This document shows, piece by piece, positions 1 to 9,877 of a stretch of 64,000 nt of DNA. The DNA lies in NCBI GenBank assembly GCA_963710605.1, contig CAVQBA010000007.1, forward strand, positions 352,001-416,000, in the 5' to 3' direction. Both the position numbers and the translations under genes were made by a program. The stretch's first letter is position 1, and the number at the start of each line of letters is the position of its first letter. Source of the DNA: an uncultured cyanobacterium. Its GTDB lineage: Bacteria > Cyanobacteriota > Cyanobacteriia > Cyanobacteriales > Cyanobacteriaceae. The notes under the pieces are model-generated. The model ran no database searches. It saw nothing but the letters and a program-made list of their open reading frames with translations, and was not told where the DNA came from.

Positions 1-394
1 GACAATACCTATTTTCATTGATACTTTTATTGACAATAAACCACAATCTTAATCAGGATTTTGAGGATTTTCAAGATTTTCAGGATTTTTATTGATTTAT
101 CGGGGAATATAATTTTTCTCAATTTTATTTTTACCGAATAATGAAGGCAACAAATATTTCATATTTTTAACTCTCTGTCAATCTAAACTTAACCTATTCT
201 TAAACCAAGTTTTATTGTTTTGTTGATAGAATAACTTTGAAGTTAAATATTAAACACGATCGTAATTTATCGCTAATGAAGCTAAAGGTAATAAAAGCTA
301 TCTATAAATAAGTAGCGATCGATGTTGAGCTTTTTTTTTATTCCATTAAACAAGTTTTCTTGTTGAGTAATAATCTAAATTCAGAGTAATTTTT

Positions 395-1390
395 ATGCGT
401 ATAGGTATAAATGGTTTTGGTAGAATTGGCAGACTCGCTTTAAGGGCAGGTTGGGGTAAACCTAATTTGGAATTTGTCCATATTAACGAAGTAAAAGGGG
501 GTATAGAAACCGCCGCACATTTATTGCAATTTGATTCTGTGCATGGGCGTTGGGGTGTACCAACTAAAGTCGCTGAGGATAAAATCTGGATAGAAGACAA
601 ACCTCTTACCTTTAGTGAATATTCAACACCACAAGAAGTACCTTGGCAAGATTTGGGAGTAGATTTAGTGATTGAAAGTTCGGGTAAATTTCGCACACCT
701 GAAACACTACATCCTTACTTGGAAAATGGCGTAAAAAAAGTTGTTGTTGCCGCCCCCGTCAAGGAAGAAGCTTTAAATATTGTTTATGGTATCAATGACG
801 ATTTATACGAAGCCGATAAACACCATCTGGTTACTGCCGCTTCTTGCACAACTAATTGTCTTGCTCCTGTCGTTAAAGTAATTCAAGAAAATTTAGGTAT
901 CAAACATGGTGTTATCACCACGATTCATGATGTCACAAATACTCAAGTAATTGTCGATGCACCCCACAAAGATTTACGACGGGCAAGAGCTTGTTCGGAG
1001 TCTTTAATCCCCACGACAACAGGCTCAGCGACTGCGATTACGATGATTTATCCTGAATTGAAAGGTAAGCTCAATGGTTTGGCTGTTAGAGTGCCTTTAT
1101 TGAATGCGTCTTTAACTGATTGTGTTTTTGAGGTAAACCGAAAAACGACTGTAGAAGAAGTTAATAGTTTATTTAAGCAAGCATCACAGACTTATTTAAA
1201 AGATATTTTGGGTTATGAAGAATTACCTTTAGTTTCGATCGATTATAAAGACGATCCACGCTCTGGTATTATCGATGCACTTTCAACGATGGTGATCGAC
1301 GATACCCAAGTCAAAATTTTAGCATGGTACGACAACGAATGGGGTTACTCTAATCGTTTGATTGATTTGGTTTGTAAAATTGCTAGTTAG
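395..1390 (+). CDS. gap3: ArsJ-associated glyceraldehyde-3-phosphate dehydrogenase (Gap3 type)
   Basis: [20 protein letters not shown] and [13 protein letters not shown] motifs; directly upstream of arsJ-like MFS gene. Confidence 0.92.
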   Translation: MRIGINGFGRIGRLALRAGWGKPNLEFVHINEVKGGIETAAHLLQFDSVHGRWGVPTKVAEDKIWIEDKPLTFSEYSTPQEVPWQDLGVDLVIESSGKFRTPETLHPYLENGVKKVVVAAPVKEEALNIVYGINDDLYEADKHHLVTAASCTTNCLAPVVKVIQENLGIKHGVITTIHDVTNTQVIVDAPHKDLRRARACSESLIPTTTGSATAITMIYPELKGKLNGLAVRVPLLNASLTDCVFEVNRKTTVEEVNSLFKQASQTYLKDILGYEELPLVSIDYKDDPRSGIIDALSTMVIDDTQVKILAWYDNEWGYSNRLIDLVCKIAS

Positions 1391-1475
1391 ACAGGTTTTG
1401 CTAAAACTTTTGTACTTTTTATCTTCAGTAACAGTTATCCCGATTAAATAAACACAATTAATTATTAATGCAAAT

Positions 1476-2717
1476 GTGATGGATAAAAATTTAGGTAATT
1501 ATATTTTAGTAACTCTTGCTTATTGGGGCTTTACTGTTACCGATGGGGCGTTAAGGATGTTGGTGTTGTTGCATTTTCATCAATTAGGTTATACAACGAT
1601 TGAAATTGCATCTTTATTTTTATTTTACGAAATATTTGGTATTTTTACTAACTTTTTAGGTGGCTGGATTGGCTCTCAATTTGGTGTAAGGTTAACTCTT
1701 TATAGCGGAATTGGGTTACAAATTTGTGCCTTAATTATGTTAGGTTTACTAAATCCTAATTGGGTAGTTTGGATGCAAGTAATATACGTCATGGTATCTC
1801 AGGCATTTTCAGGAATAGCTAAAGATTTAACCAAGATGAGTTCAAAAACGGCGATTCGTTTAGTAGTGCCTAAAGAAGCAGAATCAAAATTATTTAAATG
1901 GGTGGCTGTCCTTACTGGCTCAAAAAATGCCCTCAAAGGATTTGGTTTTTTTGTGGGGGCTATTTTGTTGCAATCATTTGGCTTTAGAAATGCTTTATTT
2001 ATTCAAGCATCTGTTTTATTACTTATCTTTTTTACAGGGAAATTATTACCTAAAAATATGGGTAAAATCAAAGCTAAAGTTGAATTTAAACAGTTGTTTT
2101 CTAAAAGTAAAGCAATCAATATTTTATCCGCCGCTCGGTTTTTCCTTTTTGGGGCGAGAGATGTTTGGTTTGTCGTGGCGTTACCTGTCTTTTTTTCGGA
2201 GCAATTAAAGTGGGATTTCACCCAAGTTGGTACTTATATGGCTTGTTGGGTAATTGGTTATGGATGTGTGCAGTCTTTTTCGCCCATACTATTAAAACAA
2301 AACGACAAAGCTAAAGCACCGACTGAAAAAACGATCGTTTTTTGGACTTCTATTTTGGCGATAGTTATGGCTTTAATTGCTATAAGTTTCAGGTTAGGTT
2401 TTCCTGCCCAGATAGTTATTACAGGTGGCTTGATTATTTTTGGGATTGTTTTTGCTTTTAATTCTGCGGTTCATTCCTATTTAGTTCTAGCTTATACTGA
2501 AGATGATGATGTTGCCTTAAATGTCGGTTTTTATTACATGGCAAACTCAGGCGGACGTTTGATTGGTACAATCACCTCAGGAGTAGTGTATCAATTAGCA
2601 GGTATTCAAGGTTGTTTGTGGGTTTCTTTTTTGTTTGTTTTGTCAGCTTCTTTGGTTTCAACTGGTTTACCAGCGGTATCTGTTAATGATGAGCAAGAAG
2701 AGAATGTATTAGTTTAA
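1476..2717 (+). CDS. arsJ: Organoarsenical efflux MFS transporter ArsJ
   Basis: Multi-TM protein with YWGFTVTDGALRMLVL, KDLTKMSSK, LFGARDVWFVVALPVF and VGFYYMAN motifs; paired with GAPDH; ATG at 1479 is an alternative start. Confidence 0.92.
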   Translation: MMDKNLGNYILVTLAYWGFTVTDGALRMLVLLHFHQLGYTTIEIASLFLFYEIFGIFTNFLGGWIGSQFGVRLTLYSGIGLQICALIMLGLLNPNWVVWMQVIYVMVSQAFSGIAKDLTKMSSKTAIRLVVPKEAESKLFKWVAVLTGSKNALKGFGFFVGAILLQSFGFRNALFIQASVLLLIFFTGKLLPKNMGKIKAKVEFKQLFSKSKAINILSAARFFLFGARDVWFVVALPVFFSEQLKWDFTQVGTYMACWVIGYGCVQSFSPILLKQNDKAKAPTEKTIVFWTSILAIVMALIAISFRLGFPAQIVITGGLIIFGIVFAFNSAVHSYLVLAYTEDDDVALNVGFYYMANSGGRLIGTITSGVVYQLAGIQGCLWVSFLFVLSASLVSTGLPAVSVNDEQEENVLV

Positions 2718-2939
2718 AAAATATTTGTGGGGATATATTTATTACTTATATTGCGATCGAGTTTTTTCTTTGATCGTTAATTTTCACCAATGATACAGCA
2801 TATTAAAGATCAAAGTGGTTTAATGATGGAATATCAGACAAGAAGAATTATTATCTAATTGAAAAAGTCGCAAAAACTAAAGTAATTGCAACTGTTGAAC
2901 ATTTATTTTACTTTTAATTTAATAATTATTAAAATTTTT

Positions 2940-3155
2940 TTATCCTTCTTCTCCTCCTTCTCCTCCTTCTTCTTCAATTTCTTCTCCTTCTTCGATTTCT
3001 CCTCCTTCTACTGCTTCTGGTGGATTAACTTCTTCTTGATTAATACCATCGTCAATAGCTTCACCTCCTTCATCTTCTGGAGTACAACCACCAATCATTC
3101 CTAAAGAAGAAATCAAACTGGCTGTCAAAAAAATTTGTACTGCTTTCTTATTCAT
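2940..3155 (-). CDS. Small acidic Glu/Gly-rich lipoprotein (EGGEGG tail)
   Basis: Signal peptide with lipobox-like IGGC, then a low-complexity E/G tail. Confidence 0.7.
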   Translation of the reverse strand: MNKKAVQIFLTASLISSLGMIGGCTPEDEGGEAIDDGINQEEVNPPEAVEGGEIEEGEEIEEEGGEGGEEG

Positions 3156-3227
3156 ATTAATATAGTTTGTTAACTAAAAAATTATTATTAATAATATAAT
3201 AGTTTATTTTTAATAAAAAAAACCGAA

Positions 3228-3896
3228 ATGATCATTACTATAGACAATGTTTTAACTATTAATCAATTAAATAAAATAAATGAGACACTCAATCACAGTA
3301 ACTTTATTTCGGGAAAAAAAACAGCCGGTTGGTATGCCAAAACAGTTAAGAATAATCTGCAATTAGAACAAAAGCTTAATGATGAACCACAATTAAAGGA
3401 ATTAGTCAAGAATCAACTACTCAATCATCCTTTAATACAAAGTTGTTGTTTACCCAAAATAATTCATTCTCTTTTGTTTAGTCGCTATGAAGTGGGGATG
3501 TCTTATGGAAGACATATTGATAATGCAATGATGGGTAAACAAAATTTCTGGCGATCGGATATTTCTTTTACTTTGTTTTTGAATCCTCCCTCAAGTTATC
3601 AAGGAGGAGAATTAGTAATTGAAGGAGTACAAAAAGAAGATAGTTATAAGTTATCTGCTAACTCGATGATTGTTTATCCTTCTTCTAGTTTGCATCGAGT
3701 TGAGGAAATTACCCAAGGTGTTCGTTATGTGGTGGTAGGTTGGATGCAAAGTTTAGTTAGAGATGCCTCTAAACGAGAAATATTGTTTGAATTAGATACT
3801 GTTAGACGATTGTTATTTGCTCAATCTGGTAAGACAAACGAATTTGATCTTTTGTCGAAGAATTACGCTAATTTGTTACGTTTATGGGGTGAATAA
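3228..3896 (+). CDS. Fe(II)/2OG-dependent dioxygenase, PKHD/PiuC(YbiX) type
   Basis: YGRHIDN (HxD), RSDISFTLFL, YQGGELVI, YPSSSLHRV, NLLRLW motifs. Confidence 0.92.
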   Translation: MIITIDNVLTINQLNKINETLNHSNFISGKKTAGWYAKTVKNNLQLEQKLNDEPQLKELVKNQLLNHPLIQSCCLPKIIHSLLFSRYEVGMSYGRHIDNAMMGKQNFWRSDISFTLFLNPPSSYQGGELVIEGVQKEDSYKLSANSMIVYPSSSLHRVEEITQGVRYVVVGWMQSLVRDASKREILFELDTVRRLLFAQSGKTNEFDLLSKNYANLLRLWGE

Positions 3897-4069
3897 TCTT
3901 TAATTTGCTTGAATAATTATAGATAATATAGTTGTAATCAAATGTGGTGCGATGAGTAATAACGTTGTTGTTTAAATTTATTTGAAAAAAGTTTTTAGTG
4001 ATGGTTGCATATTTATTTCAAACCGACTGGAGAAAGAAATAGAAACAATCAAACAAAAGGAAACTTATC

Positions 4070-4867
4070 ATGACAATGCTTCAATCTCGTGATCATAATC
4101 TATTTACCTCTATTTTTAACGATCGTCGTGAATATGCCCATTTAATCATTAAACTACTTTTAGTTTTAGAAACCGAAAAATTAGTTCCCTTATTTGAATT
4201 AAACACCAAAGACAAAAATAAACCGCAAATAGGTATAGACGCAACTATCATCAATAATAAAAATAAAGTTGTTTGTGTTCAAGATATTATTGCTAAATTT
4301 GGTCATCGTATTAGCCCTTTAGTTTTGTTTTTTGGTTCTAATTTTCAAGTTGACTTTCAAGAAAATAGCCACGATAAAACTTCTCAAACAAATACTTTTA
4401 ATACTTCGATTATTTTCACTAAACAAGGATTAATTTTAGAATGTCCACAAATCAACCAACATCCCTTTAATGAATCAGTTGATAATCAAATATCGGAAGA
4501 ATATAACTTATTTTTCTGGGAAAATTGGCAAAAAGTATCGATTGATTTTGCCCAAAAAGAACCTGTATGTACTTTAATCTTTACTGGTAATAAAGGAGAA
4601 CAATTAAAAATTAATCAAAAATCTTCGAGCGGTTCGGAAACAGAACAAATAGAACAACAATTGCCTTTATTATTTGCTTATTTTGTCATGAAAAATTTAT
4701 GGAAATATATTCGCAAAATATCTAATCATTCTTTTTCTATTTATAATCCCGATGATTTTCTCTATTTAGATCAAGACAGACTAAATTATTTTACCGAACA
4801 AGTTTTAGACAATATTAATATTACCGAAAAAGATTTAGAAAATTTGGTCAGAAAAGTAAATCCTTAA
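4070..4867 (+). CDS. Hypothetical protein
   Basis: 265-aa ORF with AAGGA upstream; no recognised motif. Confidence 0.6.
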   Translation: MTMLQSRDHNLFTSIFNDRREYAHLIIKLLLVLETEKLVPLFELNTKDKNKPQIGIDATIINNKNKVVCVQDIIAKFGHRISPLVLFFGSNFQVDFQENSHDKTSQTNTFNTSIIFTKQGLILECPQINQHPFNESVDNQISEEYNLFFWENWQKVSIDFAQKEPVCTLIFTGNKGEQLKINQKSSSGSETEQIEQQLPLLFAYFVMKNLWKYIRKISNHSFSIYNPDDFLYLDQDRLNYFTEQVLDNINITEKDLENLVRKVNP

Positions 4868-5107
4868 TCAAAATAAATTTATAATCTAAACTAATCAGCC
4901 TTGTAATCAATTAAATTAACAAGGCACTTTAGATAACGTGCATAAAAATGAACTACTTTCTGTTTAATAAAGTCATTCTAATTTAGACTAAGACACTTTT
5001 TTCTCTATTTCTGAAAATGAAAAGCTTTAATTAATAGATTTGCCAAAATTTGTATTGTTTCATTGTTATTTGAAATGACTATAAAGTTTAATTCATTAAA
5101 CGATTTA

Positions 5108-5138
5108 TGTTAGCCTTGAATTTCAATTCAAGGTGGGT
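5108..5138. repeat. Dispersed palindromic element TGTTAGCCTTGAATTT(C/A)AATTCAAGGTGGGT, copy 1
   Basis: Matches 41271-41301 with one mismatch; CCTTGAA/TTCAAGG inverted arms. Confidence 0.75.
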
Positions 5139-5237
5139 TTAAAACCTTCGTTGGTTTAGATAAGGGTGTAAGCGAATGCACCCCTACATTTAAAATTTTT
5201 AACTATTAACTATTAACTATTAACTATTAATTATTAA

Positions 5238-6860
5238 TTATTTCTCGATTGTCCATAAAGGAAATAATTGACTAGGATTAATCGCTACTCCATCAACACC
5301 ATTTTGAGCGAAAGCATAATCTTTGTTTTGCCATAAAGGTAAATAAGGAACTTGTTGGGCTAAAATTGTTTGAATCTCGGCAAAAATTTGCTCACGTGCT
5401 TCAGGATTAGATTCTTGTCTTTGCTCATCAATCAACTCATTTAACCGAGCATCATAAAAAAATGAGCCTTGTGTTTGTGCGCCACCTTGAATACAACCAT
5501 CAGTTTCATTTCCTTCAGTGCATTGCAAAAATGGTTGAATATAATTATCCGCATCCAAAAAGTCAGGATACCAATCACCTAAAAAACTCGGATAAATACC
5601 CTTACCAACATTACTAAAAGCCGTGGCACTTTCCACACCATTAGGAATAAATTGAATCATACCGTCTAATTGTCGATCGCCGATCGCTTTAAGGGTATTA
5701 GCAACACTACTACGAGTTTTAGAAGCCGAAGGATACCATACCTCTACTTGCGCAGGATTACTAACAGAATAACCAGCCTCAGTTAGAAGTTTTTTGGCTA
5801 AATCAAGATTATTATTTTCATATTCTGCTTCAAAAGCTGGTTGATATTCTTCAAAAACAGTCGGAATCAAACTATATAAGGGATCAGATTGATTTTGTAA
5901 AACTCTTTCCACAATCAAATTACGATCGAGTAATGCCGCAATAGCTTGTCTAACTCTCACATCATCTAACGGAGGTTGATTACGATTAAGCACCATATAA
6001 CTAACCACTGTACCCTCACCTTCAATTACCTGAAATTTGTCTGCTTCACCGTCTGTGAGTAAAGTACTAATTTGTTCAGGGGCAAAAGTTTGATAAGCAA
6101 CATCGATCGCACCTGTGAGAAAACTATTGTAAAGGTTAGCTGAATTACCCGCATAGATTTGGACATTAACACCCTCATTGACAGGTTTTTCGCCCCAATA
6201 ATCTTCAAATACATCTAAAGTAACCGAATCACTGTTAAAAGCGACTAATTTATATGGACCAGTTGCCACTAATTCACTTGGTTTAAATTCACCATTACCG
6301 ATCGTATAAGCCCCAGGAGAAACAGCACAAGCACCAGGAAAAGCCAATAAAGACGTAAAAGCCGCAAAAGGTTTATTTAAAACAATCGTTAATTCATTCT
6401 CTCCCGTTGCTTGAATTTCTTTGATAGTATCGCTTAATAAAAAAGAAGGTTTACCACCATTTTGAATAAATCTATCTAAAGAAAACTTCATCGCTTCGGC
6501 ATTAAATGTTTCTCCATCATGAAAGGTAACTCCTTCTCTTAAACCAATAGTATAAGTTAAACCATTATCACTAATTGTTGGCATATCGGTAGCTAATAAT
6601 GGTTGCAATTGTGTTGTACCCAATTGATAACTGTAAAGACTTTCAGCAACATTATAAATTAAATTTAAACCAGCAATTTCGTAGCTATCAGCTGGATCTA
6701 ATGTTCTAGCTTTGAGGGTTGTACCGACGCTTATTCTACCATTATTATTGGTTGGTGTGTTGTTAACATTAGGATTTGAATTAGAATTACAACCGATAAT
6801 TAATCCGCAACAGGCTAACGCTAATCCTAGATACTTGAATAGATTCTTAATTTTTCTCAT
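5238..6860 (-). CDS. Peptide/nickel ABC transporter substrate-binding lipoprotein (family 5)
   Basis: TLDPAD, LREGVTFHDG, GTGPY-like ATGPY, VRVRQAI motifs; lipobox IIGC supports the ATG at 6860 (track start 6938). Confidence 0.9.
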   Translation of the reverse strand: MRKIKNLFKYLGLALACCGLIIGCNSNSNPNVNNTPTNNNGRISVGTTLKARTLDPADSYEIAGLNLIYNVAESLYSYQLGTTQLQPLLATDMPTISDNGLTYTIGLREGVTFHDGETFNAEAMKFSLDRFIQNGGKPSFLLSDTIKEIQATGENELTIVLNKPFAAFTSLLAFPGACAVSPGAYTIGNGEFKPSELVATGPYKLVAFNSDSVTLDVFEDYWGEKPVNEGVNVQIYAGNSANLYNSFLTGAIDVAYQTFAPEQISTLLTDGEADKFQVIEGEGTVVSYMVLNRNQPPLDDVRVRQAIAALLDRNLIVERVLQNQSDPLYSLIPTVFEEYQPAFEAEYENNNLDLAKKLLTEAGYSVSNPAQVEVWYPSASKTRSSVANTLKAIGDRQLDGMIQFIPNGVESATAFSNVGKGIYPSFLGDWYPDFLDADNYIQPFLQCTEGNETDGCIQGGAQTQGSFFYDARLNELIDEQRQESNPEAREQIFAEIQTILAQQVPYLPLWQNKDYAFAQNGVDGVAINPSQLFPLWTIEK

Positions 6861-7152
6861 ACTTGATCTTTTAACATCCTCAAACTTTGACACAAATGTG
6901 GTAAATAATGTTAACACAACTTCATTAGCAATTAGCAATTAGTAATTAGTAATTAGCAATTAATACTCATTACTCCTTACTCAAAAAACTGTTAATTGTT
7001 TTTTATACTGTTGATGACCGAGAAATGGTAAAATTAGCTTCAATTGTAGATTAAGTCTAGTTATAATCAATAATTCAGTTTTTTGAATAGATGACTAGCT
7101 GTAGATACAAATTTAGTTTGCCTAACTTTAAAAATTATATTTTTTCTAACCT

Positions 7153-7461
7153 ATGCCAGAAGCAGTAGGAGTAATACAAACATTAGGTTTTCCCTCTATC
7201 CTCGCCGCCGCTGATGCTGTTGTAAAAGCCGCACGAGTCACTTTAGTTTTTTTTGATAAAGCCGAAAGTGGTCAATTTATGATCGTCTTTCGTGGTCCTG
7301 TCTCAGAAGTAAAACGATCGATGCAGGAAGGATTAAGGGTAGCCGAAGAAACTATAGGAGGGCAGGTTATGACTCATTATATTGTTGCTAATCCGCCACC
7401 TAATGTTGTTGATGTTTTACCAATCCATCATAACGAAACTAGTGATGCTTATCGTCTTTAA
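7153..7461 (+). CDS. ccmK3: Carboxysome shell protein CcmK3
   Basis: BMC domain AVGVIQTLGFP..LAAADA..KAARV; first gene of the K3/K4 pair. Confidence 0.88.
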   Translation: MPEAVGVIQTLGFPSILAAADAVVKAARVTLVFFDKAESGQFMIVFRGPVSEVKRSMQEGLRVAEETIGGQVMTHYIVANPPPNVVDVLPIHHNETSDAYRL

Positions 7462-7741
7462 TTATTAATCTAGTTCGATCGTTGTTAGTTAATCGGTTCA
7501 ATTTTATTAACTATTTATTCTCATTATTAACTCATGATTGATGATTAATTAATCGGCTCAATTTTTGAGGAATTATTAAGGAGAAATAATCAGTTAAAAA
7601 CTAAATCAATAACTTTTAGTTGACTGATTGATAAACTATTACTAACTACGGTAACGAAAAAGAGGACATTTATCGACAATAATTTAATCGATACGTTTAT
7701 TTTTATTTTTAATTATTATCAATTTTAGGAGAATATCATTT

Positions 7742-8101
7742 ATGCCTATACAATCTGCTGTTGGTTCGCTTGAAACAAAAGGATTTCCCGGAGTTTTAGC
7801 CGCCGCCGATGCGATGGTTAAAGCAGGAAGAGTTACCCTCGTCGGTTATATCCGTGTAGGAAGTGCTCGTTTTACTGTTAATGTTCGTGGTGATGTTTCT
7901 GAAGTTAAAGCCGCTATGGATGCAGGAATTGATGCGGTGAAAAAAGCTGAAGGTGCAACCCTAGAGTCATGGGTAATTATTCCTCGCCCTCATCAAAATA
8001 TTTGTGCTGTACTTCCAATCGACTATAACGATGAAGTTGAAGTTTACCGTCAAGCAGTTGATGGGATTGCTTTACCTAGTAGTAGTAGTCGCCGCCCATA
8101 G
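7742..8101 (+). CDS. ccmK4: Carboxysome shell protein CcmK4
   Basis: BMC domain AVGSLETKGFPGVLAAADAMVKAGRV, GSARF, IIPRPH; AGGAG RBS upstream. Confidence 0.9.
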   Translation: MPIQSAVGSLETKGFPGVLAAADAMVKAGRVTLVGYIRVGSARFTVNVRGDVSEVKAAMDAGIDAVKKAEGATLESWVIIPRPHQNICAVLPIDYNDEVEVYRQAVDGIALPSSSSRRP

Positions 8102-8113
8102 TTTAGAATAAGG

Positions 8114-8154
8114 CAATTGTCAATTAAAATTTAGCTTTAAATAATTGACAATTG
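8114..8154. terminator. Hairpin between convergent genes, possible bidirectional terminator
   Basis: CAATTGTCAATTA (8114-8126) and TAATTGACAATTG (8142-8154) are perfect inverted arms. Confidence 0.5.
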
Positions 8155-8213
8155 GAAATAAGATAAATGTATGATGATATGGTTGAAAACTCAATATCTA
8201 ATTATTTCAAATT

Positions 8214-8456
8214 TTATTGAGAATAGTCAGCGATCGCTTTAATATAAATTAAGTGGAAAACCAAGATAGCAGTCCAAATTAAACTAAATTGAGTTGCCCA
8301 TATCCATTCAGGATGGCTAAAATTATGAAAAAACCAAATTCCTGAGTTAACCGCCGCAAATAGGGCTACATGGAAAGCAAAATTGATTAAATCCTCTGCT
8401 TTTCTAAAATCAGGATCAGTTTTTCGATCGGGTTGTCTGGGCCAACGTGGAGGCAT
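8214..8456 (-). CDS. 2TM-domain small membrane protein (conserved in cyanobacteria)
   Basis: MPPRWPRQPDR N-terminus, NFAFHVALF..VNSGIW, two hydrophobic helices, IADYS end. Confidence 0.8.
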   Translation of the reverse strand: MPPRWPRQPDRKTDPDFRKAEDLINFAFHVALFAAVNSGIWFFHNFSHPEWIWATQFSLIWTAILVFHLIYIKAIADYSQ

Positions 8457-8652
8457 AATTGCAATCAGTTATGTAATGAATATCTATCATAATTGTACAA
8501 TAGAGAATTAAAAATTGATATTTGATAATTATTTTTTCCTTATCAAAAGTGAGGTTGAATAACTTAAAAGTTTTAAGTGATTAAGATCAATTTCTAATTT
8601 TTCTTTGGCGATTGGCGATAGTTAATCGATAACCTTTGTCTTGAATTAAATT

Positions 8653-9843
8653 ATGAATGAAGATAAATTAATACCTAAAGAATCAACAAATACCAGTCAA
8701 GAAAAATCACCTTGGTGGGATACAGTTACATCTAAAGTGAAAGATTTAGGTAATATTTTAGAAACAAATGTTAGTCAAGCAAGCGAAATGGTCGAAAAAA
8801 CTCTCTCAGATTTGGGTGAGACAATAGCTTCTAACACCACCGAAGTACAAAAAGTAGCTCAAAAAACAACTTCAGACATCACAGGAGCAATAAATTATAC
8901 AACGAACAAAGTAGGCTTAGACATTGGTTCAATCGGAATCAAAACAGAAGGATTACTAGGCAATAGTGCCAAAGCAATTATCGAAAATCCCTTACTTGAA
9001 AGAATTATCGATCACGTAGATTTAGATAAGGCTCAACGCTCTTTAACTAAGTTACAACAAAAATACCCTCAAGAAACTTCTTCTCAAATTGCTCATCGTT
9101 TGATGTTTGAGAAAGCTACCTTAGCTAGTAGTTCAGGCTTAGCTAGTAGTTTATTACCTGGAATTGCGGCGGCGTTGATTGCCTTGGATTTAACCGCAGT
9201 GGCGGCTTTACAAGCTGAAATGGTTTATCAAATTAGCGGTATTTATGGATTTGATTTGAAGAAAGAAGAGCGAAAAGGAGAAGTGTTAGCGATTTTTGCA
9301 ATTGCTTTAGGAGGCTCTTATGGAATTAAGACTGGTTTGAAGTTGCTACAACTAACTCCTGTTATTGGTGCTGTAGTCGGTGCTAGTGCTAATGCGACTA
9401 TGATTTATTCTATTGGTTATGCCGCTTGTAAATTTTATGAAGCACAAGTTAATGATACTAGTTTGGAATATGCTATTGCTAATTCAGCCGAAGCTAGTCA
9501 AAAATTTTTAAAAATAGCGATCGAACAAGAGCAAATTATGGATCAAATTCTGATTCAGATTTGGTTAGCTGGTAATCCTCAAAAATCTATTATTGATTTA
9601 TTACCTCATATTAATAAATTAAATTTAAGTCCTACCTCAGTAGAAATAATTGTTGCGATTGCAAAAAAAGAACAAGAAATAATGTCGGTTGATTTGCTTT
9701 TAAACCAGCTTAATCAAGACTTTTCCGTTTCTTTATTCGCTCAATGCGAACAATTAGCTAATGCGAATGGAATGATTAACAATGAACAAGAACAAATTTT
9801 AAATCTTATTCGCAATCGATTACAAGAAGATATTAGTAAATAG
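8653..9843 (+). CDS. EcsC/DUF697-like membrane-associated protein
   Basis: LQAEMVYQI..IYGFDL...RKGEVLAIF and PVIGAVVGASANA..IYSIG patterns. Confidence 0.65.
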   Translation: MNEDKLIPKESTNTSQEKSPWWDTVTSKVKDLGNILETNVSQASEMVEKTLSDLGETIASNTTEVQKVAQKTTSDITGAINYTTNKVGLDIGSIGIKTEGLLGNSAKAIIENPLLERIIDHVDLDKAQRSLTKLQQKYPQETSSQIAHRLMFEKATLASSSGLASSLLPGIAAALIALDLTAVAALQAEMVYQISGIYGFDLKKEERKGEVLAIFAIALGGSYGIKTGLKLLQLTPVIGAVVGASANATMIYSIGYAACKFYEAQVNDTSLEYAIANSAEASQKFLKIAIEQEQIMDQILIQIWLAGNPQKSIIDLLPHINKLNLSPTSVEIIVAIAKKEQEIMSVDLLLNQLNQDFSVSLFAQCEQLANANGMINNEQEQILNLIRNRLQEDISK

Positions 9844-9877
9844 TTAACTGAATCTTTCGTTATAAATTAATTCCTTT

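Noticed and set aside
2886-3104. Phe/Ser-rich plus-strand ORF
   Set aside because: Antisense of the Glu/Gly lipoprotein gene
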